In this document: positions 38,275 through 48,028 of the stretch, piece after piece
Position numbering within the stretch: the stretch's first letter is position 1
Layout: each line of letters opens with the position of its first letter
Assembly (NCBI GenBank): GCA_963714085.1
Contig: OY970229.1
Span: forward strand, 1,248,001-1,312,000
DNA from: an uncultured Candidatus Micrarchaeota archaeon
GTDB taxonomy: Archaea; Micrarchaeota; Micrarchaeia; Anstonellales; Bilamarchaeaceae
Length of the DNA: 64,000 bases
Direction of reading: 5' to 3'
Made by a program: the position numbers and the translations under genes
The notes under the pieces: generated by a model
Seen by the model: only the letters and a program-made list of their open reading frames with translations
What the model was told of the DNA's origin: nothing
The model's database searches: none

Positions 38275-39075
38275 TTAGTTGGACATCTGCATCTTGTACT
38301 GCTGAAAGCAATTCCTCACGCTATTCACGTTTATACCCGCCGCCTTGGCGAGCTTCTCCTGAGTGAGCGTGCCGTCCGTTGCGAGAGAAGCGACGTAAAG
38401 CGCGGTGGCAGCGAGCGTCGTAGGTTTGCCGCCGTACTGCTGGTTCTCAAGAAGCTTCACGGCCAGCTCCACGGTTTCCTGCGGCACGCCAGCCGTCAAT
38501 GCGATGCGGTGGACCTGGGTCGCCGGTCCTGCGGCGTCAGCCGGGAGGTTCAGGGCCCGTTTCATGGCGAGGTACGTCCGCCCGATGGTCTTCGGCTGCA
38601 GCTCCGCCGCCTCCGCGATCTCATCCAGGGCGCGGGGGAACCCGGACATCCTGCAGGATGCATATACGCAGGCGGCGGCTATCCAGTCGAACCTGCGCCC
38701 GCTCGTCACATTCGCTATCCTGGCCTTCCGGTAGATGTTCATGGCCATGTCCTCCGCGTTCGGAGGCAGGTGCATAGCGAAGCAGACGCGCTTTATCTCG
38801 TTCACGATCCTTATGTTGAACTTCTTCCTGAACGCCTCGCTGGACACCCTCGTATGCCATTTCTTGATCCCCCCATACCCGTCGCTATCGAAGGCGACGT
38901 CCCTGAATTCCCCAATCGTCGTCATGGTCCCGAACGAGCCGAGCCTCATGCGGGCCATGCTTTTCGTGAGCCTCAGCGACCCCTCGGCGCGCTTCTTGGG
39001 CATGAGCGGCGCAAGCTTCGCTTTCAGCATTTCGATGAACGACTTCCTGCTTTCCCTCTTAGGACACCTTTCCAA
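38275..39075 (-). CDS. tfb: Transcription initiation factor IIB-like protein (two cyclin folds, no zinc ribbon)
   Basis: IYRKA..SGRR...AAACVYASCR..PRALDEIAE..KTIGRTY; GKPTTLAATALY..TQEKLAKAAG..SVRN. Confidence 0.82.
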   Translation of the reverse strand: MERCPKRESRKSFIEMLKAKLAPLMPKKRAEGSLRLTKSMARMRLGSFGTMTTIGEFRDVAFDSDGYGGIKKWHTRVSSEAFRKKFNIRIVNEIKRVCFAMHLPPNAEDMAMNIYRKARIANVTSGRRFDWIAAACVYASCRMSGFPRALDEIAEAAELQPKTIGRTYLAMKRALNLPADAAGPATQVHRIALTAGVPQETVELAVKLLENQQYGGKPTTLAATALYVASLATDGTLTQEKLAKAAGINVNSVRNCFQQYKMQMSN

Positions 39076-39237
39076 AGAACCACCCCACGAATATATCTGT
39101 CTTGAGGTAGTATAAATACTTGGGGTTTTTGGAGGTACTATCGGGTACCTAATGCACTCTGGCGCTTTCAGGTTTCGCTCAGGCTCATGTGAGCGGGGTC
39201 CGTCCGAGCGATTGCCTATAGTAAAGATAAGAAATAT

Positions 39238-39732
39238 TCAGTCGTACTCTACATACTCCTCGTCATCAAGTTGGATTTTGCTTTCTTCCAAAAACTCATG
39301 TATATAATCCGCTGTCTCTTTGATGGTTTTTTCATTCTGTGTCAAGCAATTAGGAATCCTAAGAGTTACATAACCCTTCTTGAAAGAATAAAACGTCCTT
39401 TTCAAATCAGCCAATGCTTGTTTTGGATCAGCATTATGCTGTGGACCATCAACTTCAATATTGACCTTTGCGTCAACAATTGCGATGTCGATATGCTTGT
39501 AGCCGTCCCATTTCTCCAGTTCGACTTTCCATTCGAATTTTTTGAGGTATTCCGCGAGCTTTTTCTGCTGCGGGGTCGGTTCAGGTTTGCGGGGTTCTTT
39601 TCTACGACTGCCCATCCCCACTTTTTTTTGACAGACTAAACATAATGGTATCTTGAAATGTTCCATAGAATATTCGAATACTTCATTTGGAATATCCTCA
39701 CGGCACTTATTGCAGTAATACCCCATTAGCAT
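39238..39732 (-). CDS. Zn-finger plus DUF559/Vsr-like endonuclease
   Basis: CNKC..CLVCQ; HIDIAI..NIEVDGPQH..D.KR..GYVTLRIPN. Confidence 0.8.
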   Translation of the reverse strand: MLMGYYCNKCREDIPNEVFEYSMEHFKIPLCLVCQKKVGMGSRRKEPRKPEPTPQQKKLAEYLKKFEWKVELEKWDGYKHIDIAIVDAKVNIEVDGPQHNADPKQALADLKRTFYSFKKGYVTLRIPNCLTQNEKTIKETADYIHEFLEESKIQLDDEEYVEYD

Positions 39733-39824
39733 ATTCCATCTTCTTGGGTTAAATAGTTATGTTCATGTGACCCGAAAAGGGCTTCAGACTCCAGAGTTAC
39801 TTAGAGGTTCTTCGTCTAGATTCC

Positions 39825-41099
39825 CTATGTCATCAGCCCCATCTCCAGGATCTTCTTCATCATGACCTCCTTGAACTCGTCGTCCTTCATGAGCTGGCTG
39901 AGGATGGACTGCGGGGCGATGGGCTCCTTCGACTTCTCCGGTTTCTCCGGCGGCTTCACGGGCGCCTTCTCGGATGTCTTCTCAAGTGGCTTATCAGGCA
40001 TCTTCACAAGCGCTTTCTCCTCCTCCGGCATGAACCCGTAGCCGCACTTCGAGCAGATCTTCGCTGCCGGAGGGCACGGGTTGCCGCACCTGGCGCATGG
40101 CGCCTGCCTGAACGTCTCGGCGTTGCTGCCCTCGTCCTTCTTCAGGCCGTTTATCTTGAGTATGGCGTCGTCCACGTCCCTGCCGCTCAGGTGAACGTAG
40201 ACGCTCGCCATGTCGCTGGCCTGGACCCACCCGAAATACTCCTTCATCTGCGCCTCCGTGAGCCTGCTCGCCATCATCGTGGCCCTGGAATGGCGGAAAA
40301 GGTGGGGGTGGACCCGTTTCGTTATCCCCACCTGCTTCGCCAGGGTCTTGATTATCCTGGCAGCGTACGGGTAGCTGAACGGGACAGGCTGCGTCTCCCT
40401 GCCGTACCTGCGCCGCACGAAGAGGTAGGCGTCCGGCATGTCCCTGTACGGGTGGAACTCGAGCCAGCCGGCCAGGGCCGGAACCGACGCGATGAGCCTT
40501 ATCCTCCTGTCCCCGGTCTTCCCTGTGACCACCACGACGACCCCGTATTCGTCGAACTTGAGGTTCTTGAGCTGGATTGTGAGGATCTCGCCTATCCGGC
40601 CCCCGCTCTCGTACAGGCACTGTATGAACGCCCTGTCCCTGGCGTCCTCGCAGGCCCCTATCATCCGCTTCACCTCGTCTTCGGTCAGCAGCTCGTCGGG
40701 CAGCTTGTGCTTGCCCTTCACGTGCACCTTTATCCAGCTAACCTCGGGCGGGTATTCCCTGTTCCCGCCCCGCAGCCATTTGAAGAAGCGGCGGAGCGTG
40801 ACCTTGTAGTCGTGCTTCGACCAGGGCGCGAGCTTTTCGTTGCCCTCGATGTCCACGACGATGTCCTTTATGTCGTCCTTGTCGAGCTCGGTGAGCGGCT
40901 TCTCCAGCTTTTTCGCGATCCTCTTGAGGGTCTCGACGTACTTGCAAAGCCGCGCTATCCTCATGCTCTCCGCGACCATGTCCCTGTGGAAATCGCATAT
41001 CACCCGGACGTTCTCCTTGGACAGGCCGGCCTTGCCGTTCCGCATGTTCTCCAGCATGGTCCTGAGCTGTCCGGCCCTTCCATGCGGATCGTATTTCAT
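39825..41099 (-). CDS. Tyrosine integrase with C-terminal zinc ribbon
   Basis: YESGGRIGE, GKTG, HPHLFRHSRAT, FGW, YVHL; CARC..CSKC; likely start MKYDP (ORF extends to 41132). Confidence 0.93.
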   Translation of the reverse strand: MKYDPHGRAGQLRTMLENMRNGKAGLSKENVRVICDFHRDMVAESMRIARLCKYVETLKRIAKKLEKPLTELDKDDIKDIVVDIEGNEKLAPWSKHDYKVTLRRFFKWLRGGNREYPPEVSWIKVHVKGKHKLPDELLTEDEVKRMIGACEDARDRAFIQCLYESGGRIGEILTIQLKNLKFDEYGVVVVVTGKTGDRRIRLIASVPALAGWLEFHPYRDMPDAYLFVRRRYGRETQPVPFSYPYAARIIKTLAKQVGITKRVHPHLFRHSRATMMASRLTEAQMKEYFGWVQASDMASVYVHLSGRDVDDAILKINGLKKDEGSNAETFRQAPCARCGNPCPPAAKICSKCGYGFMPEEEKALVKMPDKPLEKTSEKAPVKPPEKPEKSKEPIAPQSILSQLMKDDEFKEVMMKKILEMGLMT

Positions 41100-41234
41100 A
41101 CCCACCAAGCGCATCACCCCGTTTTTATACATGGATGCATGGTGTTGGCGTGAAACGGGGCGTGGAACGCCTTTTCATGGCGGAAACCCCCAAAAACCCG
41201 CAAAAGTGGCGGTTTATGGCGGTTTGCATCGGGA

Positions 41235-41268
41235 GGCGTGGAACAAGAAGAAATACGCCCCGGGGATG
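41235..41268. repeat. att site (right), overlapping tRNA-Asn 3' end
   Basis: Identical to 10476-10509. Confidence 0.95.
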
Positions 41269-41328
41269 ACTCGAACATCCGGCCTGCTGATTAACAGTCA
41301 GCCGCTCTACCAGCTGAGCTACCGAGGC
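41256..41328 (-). tRNA. tRNA-Asn (GTT)
   Basis: GCCTCGG/CCGGGGC acceptor, GCTGA-CTGTTAA-TCAGC anticodon arm, GGATG-TTCGAGT-CATCC T arm; no encoded CCA; TATA ~30 nt upstream. Confidence 0.96.
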
Positions 41329-41386
41329 AATAAGATTGACTTTTGTTATCGAATCGTGTTTAAAAAACTAACACTTCAGGAAATCC

Positions 41387-42460
41387 CTAGCGTTTCCTGC
41401 CCAGCGCATGGTCTATGGCTTCCTTCGTTCTCCTTATGATCGTGTCCACGATGTCCTCATAGGCGCCCCTGACCACTCCTGCCGCCATGTTCCCGTGGCC
41501 GCCCATGTAATCTTCCCGGGGCATGCCCAGGTCCGCGCTCGTCCTCTTGGCGATTTCGCTGGGGATTATGCCGTGGTCCACATCGCTCTGTTTCACCCGG
41601 AAAGAGACCTTGTAGACGCCGTTGTCTATCGCGCCGAGTGCCACGGCTACGTTTATGTAGGAACTATCAGGATTATTCGGCGGGGTTATGGCGTTGAGCA
41701 TGATGGACAGCAGGGACGGAAGCTCCTGCGTGGTCTTCCCTACGGATATCACCTTGCCCCGGTATATCTCGGTCCTCAGGTGCCTGGTGTCATTTAGCAG
41801 GTTGACGAATGTCCTGGGGCTTAGCGGGGGATAAGCGAGCGCATATATCTCGGATTCGCTTTTTCCTGATACCTTTACCAGCTCCCTGAATGTTTGCTGC
41901 GTCTGCTTGCTGGTGGCCGTCATCCTGGCATTGTCCGCGGCTATGCCCGTCGCGAGGGCGAGGGCGATGGAAGGATCCTCCTCTATGCTGCGGCTCGGTA
42001 CGAGCAACGCGAGCATCTCGCATACCGCAGTCGCGGTCTCGTTTCTTATGAATACAGGAGCAGTCAGCGGGATCGACGTCACGCTGTGGTGGTCTAAGAC
42101 CATGAGGACGTCCTCCTCCTTGAGTTTGCCTTTCGCGCTCGGCATCACGGTCGCGGTATTCGTATCCACCACGATACGCGGGCGTTTGTCGTTTTTGGCT
42201 ATCTGGGACCATCTCTTCAGGTCGTTTAGCTGCAGCTCTGCCACGAGCGGGTCCGTGTGCGCCATCATATTGCTTGTGACGATGGTTACGCGCCTACCGC
42301 CGATGATCCTCTTGAGGCTGTAAGAAGCGCCCAGGCCGTCAGCGTCCAGCGGCTCATGGGTCCCTATCACCGCGCCATACCTGCGGGCTACGCTGATGGC
42401 ATGGTCGAAGAACTCCCTCTGGACCTGGGTCGCAATTCCGCTTATGTAGCGCCGTTGCAT
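41387..42460 (-). CDS. DHH/DHHA1 family phosphoesterase
   Basis: HEPLDADG, VVDT, LDHH, GIAAD, GGH. Confidence 0.85.
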   Translation of the reverse strand: MQRRYISGIATQVQREFFDHAISVARRYGAVIGTHEPLDADGLGASYSLKRIIGGRRVTIVTSNMMAHTDPLVAELQLNDLKRWSQIAKNDKRPRIVVDTNTATVMPSAKGKLKEEDVLMVLDHHSVTSIPLTAPVFIRNETATAVCEMLALLVPSRSIEEDPSIALALATGIAADNARMTATSKQTQQTFRELVKVSGKSESEIYALAYPPLSPRTFVNLLNDTRHLRTEIYRGKVISVGKTTQELPSLLSIMLNAITPPNNPDSSYINVAVALGAIDNGVYKVSFRVKQSDVDHGIIPSEIAKRTSADLGMPREDYMGGHGNMAAGVVRGAYEDIVDTIIRRTKEAIDHALGRKR

Positions 42461-42661
42461 GACTAATCTATCGCTGATTGTTCTTTTAAATGTTGCTAAA
42501 ACGGGTTATTTGCGTAAAAAGTCACGCCTCATCGCACAACGACCAGCCGCAATATATGCATTCCAGGCAGCCCTCCTCGTGCGTGAGTTTTCTCATGCAT
42601 CTCGGGCATATGCCGCTTTCAATCAGTTTCCTGCTCTCCTCTATGTCGTCTGCCATCCGAA

Positions 42662-43039
42662 TCAGGATTTGAATAGGCTCTTTATCCCCTTTATTATGCC
42701 CTCGGATTTGGCCTTCCAGCCGGCCAGGAAGCTCGTGAGGTTGTCCATGCCGCCGAGCACCATGAGGATCTCCTCTGATTCCTTGAGCACGCCCTTGTTC
42801 GAAGTGAGCCCGGGCACCTGGCTCATGTTCCGCAGCAGCTCGGTGACGCCGCGTTTGGTGTACATGGGCTTGCCGTCCTTCATTCGGGACGACCAGTCCT
42901 TGATGAACTGCTTCGCTTCTGGTGTCCTGAGGAACTCTTCAGAAGAAGTTGACTTCGCTTCCTCCGGCTTTGCCTGGACCTGCGTCGGTTGCTCTTCCTG
43001 CTGTTTCATCTGGAGGTCGCCTAAAGCCATGGTCACCAA
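42662..43039 (-). CDS. Hypothetical protein
   Basis: Host-like codons; TATA upstream; no recognisable motif. Confidence 0.6.
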   Translation of the reverse strand: MVTMALGDLQMKQQEEQPTQVQAKPEEAKSTSSEEFLRTPEAKQFIKDWSSRMKDGKPMYTKRGVTELLRNMSQVPGLTSNKGVLKESEEILMVLGGMDNLTSFLAGWKAKSEGIIKGIKSLFKS

Positions 43040-43106
43040 CGCTTTTCGATAACCATTTAAGCTTTATAAGCTTTGCTCAGCGTTTCCAGCAGATTCTCCC
43101 CTGCAA

Positions 43107-43640
43107 TCAGACGCCAAGCTCCTCGATTATCCTGCTGGTCTTGAACCTGTCCGGTTCCAAGCTCCGCTCCAGCTTCACGACTTCCACGCCCACGGGCTTC
43201 ACGAACGGCTCCTGGTCGTAGCCGTAGACTATGATGTCCGGGCCCACGAACTCCAGCAGGTCCTTGGGCCGCGCCCTGCCAAGCAGCGCGACGTCCACTG
43301 GCTTGAGGAACTCCACCATCGCGGCCCGGTACTCCTGGGAGTGGATCGGCTTCCTTTTCTTCTTCTCTATGTGGACGTCCGCTGCCACGGCCACCACCAG
43401 TACGTCCCCGAGCTTCTTCGCCTCGTTGAGAGTGTAAACATGGCCGATGTGTATGATGTCGAAGACCCCGCCGGTGAGCACGACCTTTATCATCTTCCGG
43501 AATTCGGGCTTGAGGAAGCTCCTGCCGTCCTTCTCTTCGAGCATCCCCTGTTCGTCCTCGGGCAGGAAATGGAACACGTCGTCCGCGATCCCGCCCTCTT
43601 TCAGCTGGAGCACGAACAATCTCTTTACCTTGTCCTTCAT
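43107..43640 (-). CDS. ribL: Cytidylyltransferase-family nucleotidyltransferase (archaeal FAD synthase-like)
   Basis: GGVFDIIHIGH, VVAVAAD, PDIIVYGYDQ, KTSRII; likely start MKDKVK. Confidence 0.75.
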   Translation of the reverse strand: MKDKVKRLFVLQLKEGGIADDVFHFLPEDEQGMLEEKDGRSFLKPEFRKMIKVVLTGGVFDIIHIGHVYTLNEAKKLGDVLVVAVAADVHIEKKKRKPIHSQEYRAAMVEFLKPVDVALLGRARPKDLLEFVGPDIIVYGYDQEPFVKPVGVEVVKLERSLEPDRFKTSRIIEELGV

Positions 43641-43739
43641 AGGCACCGTATCGCTGGCAAAAGTTAAAAATAGCGTCGGAACGCACCGCGGAAATCCACC
43701 CCCGAATCGTTTAAATACCTGGAACGGCATAATCCCCTC

Positions 43740-44897
43740 ATGAGCGGGAAAGGCGCGTTCCTCAAGAGGATAACATCCAAAATCCAGATGAGGAGCGTCG
43801 AGGTGGGCGAGAAGCTTGACGGCACGTCCCCACCCTCGGTCTTCGTCGGCGCCTGGAACTACCCGAAGGTCTACGTCGGCCCCATGCTCACCCCCGAAGC
43901 TGGCGACACGTCGGTTTTGGACACCCCCGAGGCGTGGATACCGGGGAGAAAGACCCAGGACCAGATAATCCGCTACAGGCTGGACCTGGTGCGCGGCAAG
44001 CACATGGTCGGCATAAAGGACCTGGACAACAAGCTCGTGCAGAAGCTCCAGGAGATATCCCTCGCCAAGTCCTCCGTGGACAGCGAAGCGGAGTTCCGCT
44101 ACCAGCCCAAGGGCTTCACGTTCAACGAGGAGCACACCCCTTTCGGCCCAAGCGCGCCGCTGGAGCGTTTCGACATCGGGAACGTGAGCTGGGAGCAGCA
44201 CATGCAGGCCGCGTATTACGATACGGACCTGAAGGCCTCGGAGGCGGTGGTGGACCTCTACAACGACGGGGTGATGTTCTCCCAGATACAGAAGGCGTTC
44301 TCCACCGGGACCATGGGCATCGGCAGGAACCGCAGGATGGTCCCCACCAGGTGGTCCATAACCGCTGTGGACAGCGCGCTCGCTAACCATCTGTACGACG
44401 AGGTGATGCGGCACGAGGCCATAGAAGAGTACATGGTCTACGAGTTCTCCAGCCTCAACAATCGTTATCTCGTGCTCCTCACTCCGACGCCGTGGCAGTA
44501 CGAATGGATAGAGGCGTTCATCCACGTGATGGGCGAGTCCACGGTGGTGTTCGGCGACAGCGAGGTGCTCAGGCCCAAGAAGGAATACTCCAGCGTGGGC
44601 GGCTGCTACTACAGCTGCAAGTTCGCGGTCCTCGAGGCGCTCGCCAGGATGAGGAAGCAGGCCGGAGCTGTGGTCCTGAGGGAAGCCTACGAGGACTACG
44701 TCCCATTGGGCGTTTTCAACGTTAGGGAGAACGTGAGGAACGCATTAAAGCAGAAACCGCTCGAATTCGATTCCTTGCACAGCGCGCTGGGCCACATGTC
44801 GGGCAGGCTCAAGCTTCCCCTTTCAAGGTTCATGGGCCAGAGCAGGGTGCTCAAGGACCTTTTAAGCCACAGGCAGACCACGCTCTCGGGTTTTTGA
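43740..44897 (+). CDS. nreA: Nre family DNA repair protein with C-terminal PIP box
   Basis: GTSPPSVFVG..YPKV, VPTRWSITAVD, GGCYY, PLGVFNVRENVR, QTTLSGF. Confidence 0.9.
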   Translation: MSGKGAFLKRITSKIQMRSVEVGEKLDGTSPPSVFVGAWNYPKVYVGPMLTPEAGDTSVLDTPEAWIPGRKTQDQIIRYRLDLVRGKHMVGIKDLDNKLVQKLQEISLAKSSVDSEAEFRYQPKGFTFNEEHTPFGPSAPLERFDIGNVSWEQHMQAAYYDTDLKASEAVVDLYNDGVMFSQIQKAFSTGTMGIGRNRRMVPTRWSITAVDSALANHLYDEVMRHEAIEEYMVYEFSSLNNRYLVLLTPTPWQYEWIEAFIHVMGESTVVFGDSEVLRPKKEYSSVGGCYYSCKFAVLEALARMRKQAGAVVLREAYEDYVPLGVFNVRENVRNALKQKPLEFDSLHSALGHMSGRLKLPLSRFMGQSRVLKDLLSHRQTTLSGF

Positions 44898-44898
44898 C

Positions 44899-45231
44899 AT
44901 GATAGAATCCTACGCGTTCGGCAGGATGATAATAAACAAGAAGGAATACCTGAACGACCTCATAATCTTCCCTGACCGGATCGTTTCCAACTGGTGGCGC
45001 GATCAGGGCTATCTGCTCCAGATGGAGGACCTGGGGGAGGTCTTCGCGGCAAAGCCCAAGATACTAATCGTCGGGACGGGCTATTCCGGCCTGATGAAGG
45101 TGGACCAGGATGTAAGGCGCCACTGCGCGGAGAACGACATAAAGCTGATCGATGCGCTCACAGAAAAAGCGGTCCAGGAATACAACCGGATCTCCGGCCC
45201 CGGGGTCGTGGCCGCGTTCCACCTCTGCTGA
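44899..45231 (+). CDS. Mth938-like (DUF498) protein
   Basis: IESYAFG..DLIIFPD..WWR..LIVGTG..AVQEYN..AAFH. Confidence 0.85.
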   Translation: MIESYAFGRMIINKKEYLNDLIIFPDRIVSNWWRDQGYLLQMEDLGEVFAAKPKILIVGTGYSGLMKVDQDVRRHCAENDIKLIDALTEKAVQEYNRISGPGVVAAFHLC

Positions 45232-45245
45232 ATGCGGCCATCTGC

Positions 45246-46565
45246 CTAGCGTGCCGATGCCTTGACCGCCTCTTCCAGGATGTCCATCCCCTTCTCCGCC
45301 TGCTCCTCGGTCAGTGTGAGCGGAGGGCAGATGCGCACCACGGATTCTCCGGCCGTCAGGAGCAGCAGCCCGCGTTTCACGCAGTTGTGCACTATCGCAT
45401 GGCGCCTTTTGGGGTCCGGCGTGCGGGAGCTCTTGGATTTCACGATCTCCACGCCTATCATGAGCCCGAGGCCGCGCACGTCGCCGACCATCTCGTGCTC
45501 CAGCTCCATCTCCTTGAGCCGGTTCATCATCAGCTTCCCTATGCGCAGCGCGTTCTCGCCGAGTTTGGCCTTCTTCATGTAGTGGAGCGCAGCGGTCCCT
45601 CCTGCGCAGGCGAGCAGGTTGCCCCCGAAGGTGTTCGCATGCGAGCCGTGCTTCCAGTTCTTGGTGAGCTTCCGGCTCGCTACGGTCGCGCCTAAAGGTA
45701 TCCCGCCGCCTATCGCCTTGCTTATGGAGACTATGTCCGGTTTCACGTTGAAATTCTCTATCGCGAGGAACTTCCCGGTCCTGAAGCAGCCGGCCTGCAC
45801 CTCGTCGTCGCAGAGAAGCGCGCCGTGCTCGTCGCACAATTTCCGCACGCCCGGGATGAACTCCTTCGGCGGCACGATGTAGCCGCCTTCGCCCTGCACC
45901 GGCTCTATGAACACGGACGCCAGGTCCCCCTTCACGCTGCGCATGGCCTTCTCCATCTGGCCAAGGCAGTGATCGCTGCACTCGCCGGGCTCCATCCTCA
46001 TCCGGTACCAATAGGGATACGGCACGTGCTTCACAGGGAGGAACGGTCCGTACCTCTCCCGCTGCACGGGCTTGGAATTGGTCATGGAGAGCGCGCCCAT
46101 GGTCCTGCCGTGGAACGCGTTCATGAACGCGATGGTCCATTTCCTGTTCTTGTAGTAGCGCGCGAGCTTGTATGCCGCTTCCACGGATTCGGTCCCCGAG
46201 TTGGAAAGGAAGACGCTGCTCAGGCCGCGCGGGAGCATGGACACGAGCGTCTCCGCGAATTTCACCGGCACTTCGGCATACAGGTCCGAGAACGCGCAGT
46301 GCAGGCCTTTCCGCAGCTGCGCGTCTATCGCCGCGACCACCTCGGGGTTGTCATGGCCCACGCTCTGCACAGCCACGCAGGCCATGAAATCAAGATACTC
46401 CCTGCCGTCCGCATCCCATATGTGCACGCCCTTCGCCCTCTCGTATACGAAAGGGTACTCGCGGGTCATGCACGGGGCGATGACCTTCATGTCCCGCGCA
46501 ATCACCGACTTCGACTTCGGCCCTGGCTTGAAAAAATGCTTCTTCAGGATATCCATGTGATTCAA
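45246..46565 (-). CDS. Class III PLP aminotransferase (ornithine/acetylornithine/GABA type)
   Basis: NSGTESVEAA, FHGRT, EPVQGEGG, DEVQAG, SKAIGGG, NTFGGN. Confidence 0.92.
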   Translation of the reverse strand: MNHMDILKKHFFKPGPKSKSVIARDMKVIAPCMTREYPFVYERAKGVHIWDADGREYLDFMACVAVQSVGHDNPEVVAAIDAQLRKGLHCAFSDLYAEVPVKFAETLVSMLPRGLSSVFLSNSGTESVEAAYKLARYYKNRKWTIAFMNAFHGRTMGALSMTNSKPVQRERYGPFLPVKHVPYPYWYRMRMEPGECSDHCLGQMEKAMRSVKGDLASVFIEPVQGEGGYIVPPKEFIPGVRKLCDEHGALLCDDEVQAGCFRTGKFLAIENFNVKPDIVSISKAIGGGIPLGATVASRKLTKNWKHGSHANTFGGNLLACAGGTAALHYMKKAKLGENALRIGKLMMNRLKEMELEHEMVGDVRGLGLMIGVEIVKSKSSRTPDPKRRHAIVHNCVKRGLLLLTAGESVVRICPPLTLTEEQAEKGMDILEEAVKASAR

Positions 46566-48028
46566 CCCGTGTCTATCTGCGCCTTCTGCAGCCTGCCTGA
46601 ATAATCCACGTACAGCGTCTTGGAGTGGCTGAACTCCTCGATCCCCTCGATCCCCGCCTCGCGCGTGAATCCGGTCTTCTTCACGCCGCCGAAAGGAAGA
46701 TGGACCTCGGATCCTATGGTCGGACTGTTGACATAGGTTATCCCGGCCTCTATTTTTTTCATGGCCACGAACGCGTTCCTCACGTCGTTGGTGTAAATCG
46801 AGCTGCTCAGGCCGTAATCCGTGTTGTTCGCGACCTCTATGGCCTCGTCAAGGCTCTTTATCTCGATGACCGAGAGCACGGGCCCGAATATCTCCTCCTT
46901 CGCTATGTGCATGTCCGGAGAGACCCCGTCGAAAACGGTCGGCTGGAAGAAGAACCCCCTGCCCTTCGGTCTCTCCCCTCCGCAGAGCATCTTCGCGCCC
47001 TCGTCCTTCCCGACCCAGGCGTATCTCTGGCTTTTCTTGAGCGCTGCCTCGTTCACCAGCGGGCCGACGTCCGTGGACCTGTCCAGGCCGTTGCCCAGGC
47101 GCAATCTCTTCGTCCTCTCCACCAGCATCTTCAGGAACCGCTCCTTCACCGTCTTGTGCACGATCACGCGCGAGCACGCGGTGCATCTCTGGCCCGTGGT
47201 ACCGAACGCCCCCCAGATTATGCCGTCCAACGCGAGCCCCAGGTCCGCGTCATCCATCACGATGATGGGATTCTTGCCTCCAAGCTCCAGGCCCACCTTC
47301 TTCACGCCCACGTTAGCCATTATCCATTCCCCGGTATCCCGGGAGCCGGTGAAGGAAAGCCCGCTTATCTTCTTGTTCTTGACGATCTCCTCTCCCACGG
47401 TCTTGGCCGGCCCGGTCACAAGATTCACGACCCCTGGCGGCACGCCGGCCTTTTCCAGGATCTTCACCAGCTCGGTGGCGCACAGCGGCGTGTCGGAGCT
47501 CGGCTTGAGCACGATGGTGTTGCCGCAGACCAGGGCAGCGGACAGCTTCCAGGACGGGATTGCGAACGGGAAGTTCCACGGGGTTATCAGCCCCATGACG
47601 CCCACAGGCGTCCTTATCGTCATCGCGAACTTGTCCGGCAGCTCGCTGGTGGTCGTATTGCCGAGCAGCCTCCTGCCCTCCCCGGCCATGTATTCGAATA
47701 TGTCTATCGCTTCCTGCACGTCGCCCAGGCCCTCGGGGAGCACCTTGCCCATCTCCATGGTGACGAGCCTGCCCAGCCGCTCCTTGTCTTTCCTGAGCAG
47801 TTCGGCTACTTTCAGTAGCATGAGCCCTCGTCTGGGAGCAGGCATGTCCGACCATCCCGGCAGCGCCCTCTCCGCCGCGTCTATCGCCTTCCGGGCGTCC
47901 TCTACCTCCCCGTGCTGGAACTTGCCCATCTTCTGCTCGGTCGCGGGGTTCACGCTAAGGAACGTCTCCCTGCTGACGCATCTCACCCATTTTCCGCCGA
48001 TATACATGTTATATTCCGGAGTCAGCAT
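46562..48028 (-). CDS. Aldehyde dehydrogenase
   Basis: ITPWNFP, FTGS, LELGGKNP, GQRCT, EEIFGP, PFGG. Confidence 0.95.
   Translation of the reverse strand: MLTPEYNMYIGGKWVRCVSRETFLSVNPATEQKMGKFQHGEVEDARKAIDAAERALPGWSDMPAPRRGLMLLKVAELLRKDKERLGRLVTMEMGKVLPEGLGDVQEAIDIFEYMAGEGRRLLGNTTTSELPDKFAMTIRTPVGVMGLITPWNFPFAIPSWKLSAALVCGNTIVLKPSSDTPLCATELVKILEKAGVPPGVVNLVTGPAKTVGEEIVKNKKISGLSFTGSRDTGEWIMANVGVKKVGLELGGKNPIIVMDDADLGLALDGIIWGAFGTTGQRCTACSRVIVHKTVKERFLKMLVERTKRLRLGNGLDRSTDVGPLVNEAALKKSQRYAWVGKDEGAKMLCGGERPKGRGFFFQPTVFDGVSPDMHIAKEEIFGPVLSVIEIKSLDEAIEVANNTDYGLSSSIYTNDVRNAFVAMKKIEAGITYVNSPTIGSEVHLPFGGVKKTGFTREAGIEGIEEFSHSKTLYVDYSGRLQKAQIDTG

Larger units (their letters stand above)
10476..41268. 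mobile_element. ~30.8 kb tRNA-Asn-integrated element carrying a defence island
   Basis: Flanking 34-bp direct repeats overlapping the tRNA 3' end; adjacent tyrosine integrase; AT-richer cargo; RM, TA and ATPase content. Confidence 0.92.

Noticed and set aside
34526..41099. Calling the element a provirus
   Set aside because: No recognisable capsid, portal, terminase or polymerase gene; a pleolipovirus-like origin cannot be excluded but is unsupported
10476..41268. CRISPR array or cas genes to accompany the CARF regulator
   Set aside because: No regularly spaced repeats and no Cas motifs seen anywhere in the window
43641..44525. N-terminal extension of the 472-aa ORF 43107..44525
   Set aside because: Antisense shadow of nreA; the recognisable protein starts at 43640
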